From the IMG/VR virus record IMGVR_UViG_2537561605_000012: a stretch of DNA of 7,330 nucleotides; one strand, 5' to 3'. The position numbers and the translations under genes were made by a program. This DNA is from a virus. Lineage: Duplodnaviria; Heunggongvirae; Uroviricota; Caudoviricetes. Positions 6,628 to 7,330 of the stretch are shown here, piece by piece. The notes below the pieces were generated by a model. That model was given only the letters and a program-made list of their open reading frames with translations, made no database searches and was not told the DNA's origin. How positions within the stretch are numbered: position 1 is the first letter of the stretch; every line of letters begins with the position of its first letter.

Positions 6628-7326
6628 ATGCAGGATATTCCACAGGAAACACATCATGAGACGACACGCCTCACTCAGTCAGCCCAGGCGGTGCTCTGGG
6701 AAATCGATCTGACAGAGGTCGGTGGTGAACGTTATTTTTTCTGTAATGAGCAGAACGAAAAAGGTGAGCCGGTTACCTGGCAGGGGCGGCAGTATCAGGC
6801 ATACCCCATTCAGGGGACGGGATTTGAACTGAACGGCAAGGGCAGTTCTGCCCGTCCGACACTGACGGTTTCTAACCTGCACGGCATGGTCACGGGGATG
6901 GCGGAAGACCTGCAGAGTCTGGTCGGCGGAACGGTGGTCCGGCGTAAGGTTTACGCCCGTTTTCTGGATGCGGTGAACTTCGTCAACGGAAACAGCGACG
7001 CCGATCCGGAGCAGGAGGTGATCAGCCGCTGGCGCATTGAGCAGTGCAGCGAACTGAGCGCGGTGAGTGCCTCTTTTGTACTGTCCACGCCGACGGAAAC
7101 GGACGGCGCTGTTTTTCCGGGACGTATCATGCTGGCCAACACCTGCACCTGGACCTATCGCGGCGATGAGTGCGGTTATCACGGTCCGGCGGTCGCGGAT
7201 GAATATGACCAGCCAACGTCCGATATCACGAAGGATAAATGCAGCAAATGCCTGAGCGGTTGTAAGTTCCGCAATAACGTCGGCAACTTTGGCGGCTTCC
7301 TTTCCATTAACAAACTTTCGCAGTAA
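6628..7326 (+). CDS. L: Minor tail protein L-like (tail tip protein with a Cys-rich, putative Fe-S-binding C-terminal domain), 232 aa
   Basis: AGGAGG at 6617-6622 gives a 5-nt spacer to ATG 6628. The translation is near-identical over long stretches to lambda gpL as recalled (VLWEIDLTEVGGERYFFCNEQNEKGEPVTWQGRQYQ..., GRIMLANTCTWTYRGDECGY..., DKCSKCLSGCKFRNNVGNFGGFLSINKLSQ). Cysteines fall at residues 173, 182, 205, 208 and 212. Confidence 0.93.
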   Translation: MQDIPQETHHETTRLTQSAQAVLWEIDLTEVGGERYFFCNEQNEKGEPVTWQGRQYQAYPIQGTGFELNGKGSSARPTLTVSNLHGMVTGMAEDLQSLVGGTVVRRKVYARFLDAVNFVNGNSDADPEQEVISRWRIEQCSELSAVSASFVLSTPTETDGAVFPGRIMLANTCTWTYRGDECGYHGPAVADEYDQPTSDITKDKCSKCLSGCKFRNNVGNFGGFLSINKLSQ

Positions 7327-7330
7327 ATCC

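Noticed and set aside
6269-7182. Minus-strand ORFs (6269-6514, 6460-6657, 6679-7182, 6951-7148) overlapping M and L
   Set aside because: They lie antisense to M and L, which match lambda strongly. They are shadow ORFs.
1-7330. Search for a defence system, moron gene, CRISPR array, tRNA gene, att site or insertion sequence
   Set aside because: No direct repeat array, no tRNA-like structure, no inverted terminal repeats, and no non-structural ORF between tail genes were found. Every substantial ORF is accounted for by the colinear lambda-like tail module.

Overview
This window is a contiguous, same-strand (+) block of a lambda-like siphovirus (lambdoid phage or prophage, enterobacterial codon usage) late operon, running from the head-tail joining genes through the tail tube, tape measure and tail-tip genes. 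The order is: small head-module ORF, FII-like, Z, U, V, G, G-T (-1 frameshift), H (tape measure), M, L. This is colinear with the phage lambda tail region, and the window ends just after the L stop. Protein assignments rest on my recognition of the translated ORFs as homologues of lambda proteins plus gene order; no database search was run. Genes are tightly packed, with start/stop overlaps consistent with translational coupling. I do not see a cargo (moron) gene, defence system, RNA gene, CRISPR array or mobile element, and I will not claim an undescribed system here. The points worth a second look are a strong intrinsic-terminator-like hairpin between V and G, a non-lambda slippery heptamer at the G-T frameshift, an enlarged tape measure protein, and an unusually long non-coding gap before a small GTG-initiated ORF at the start of the window.
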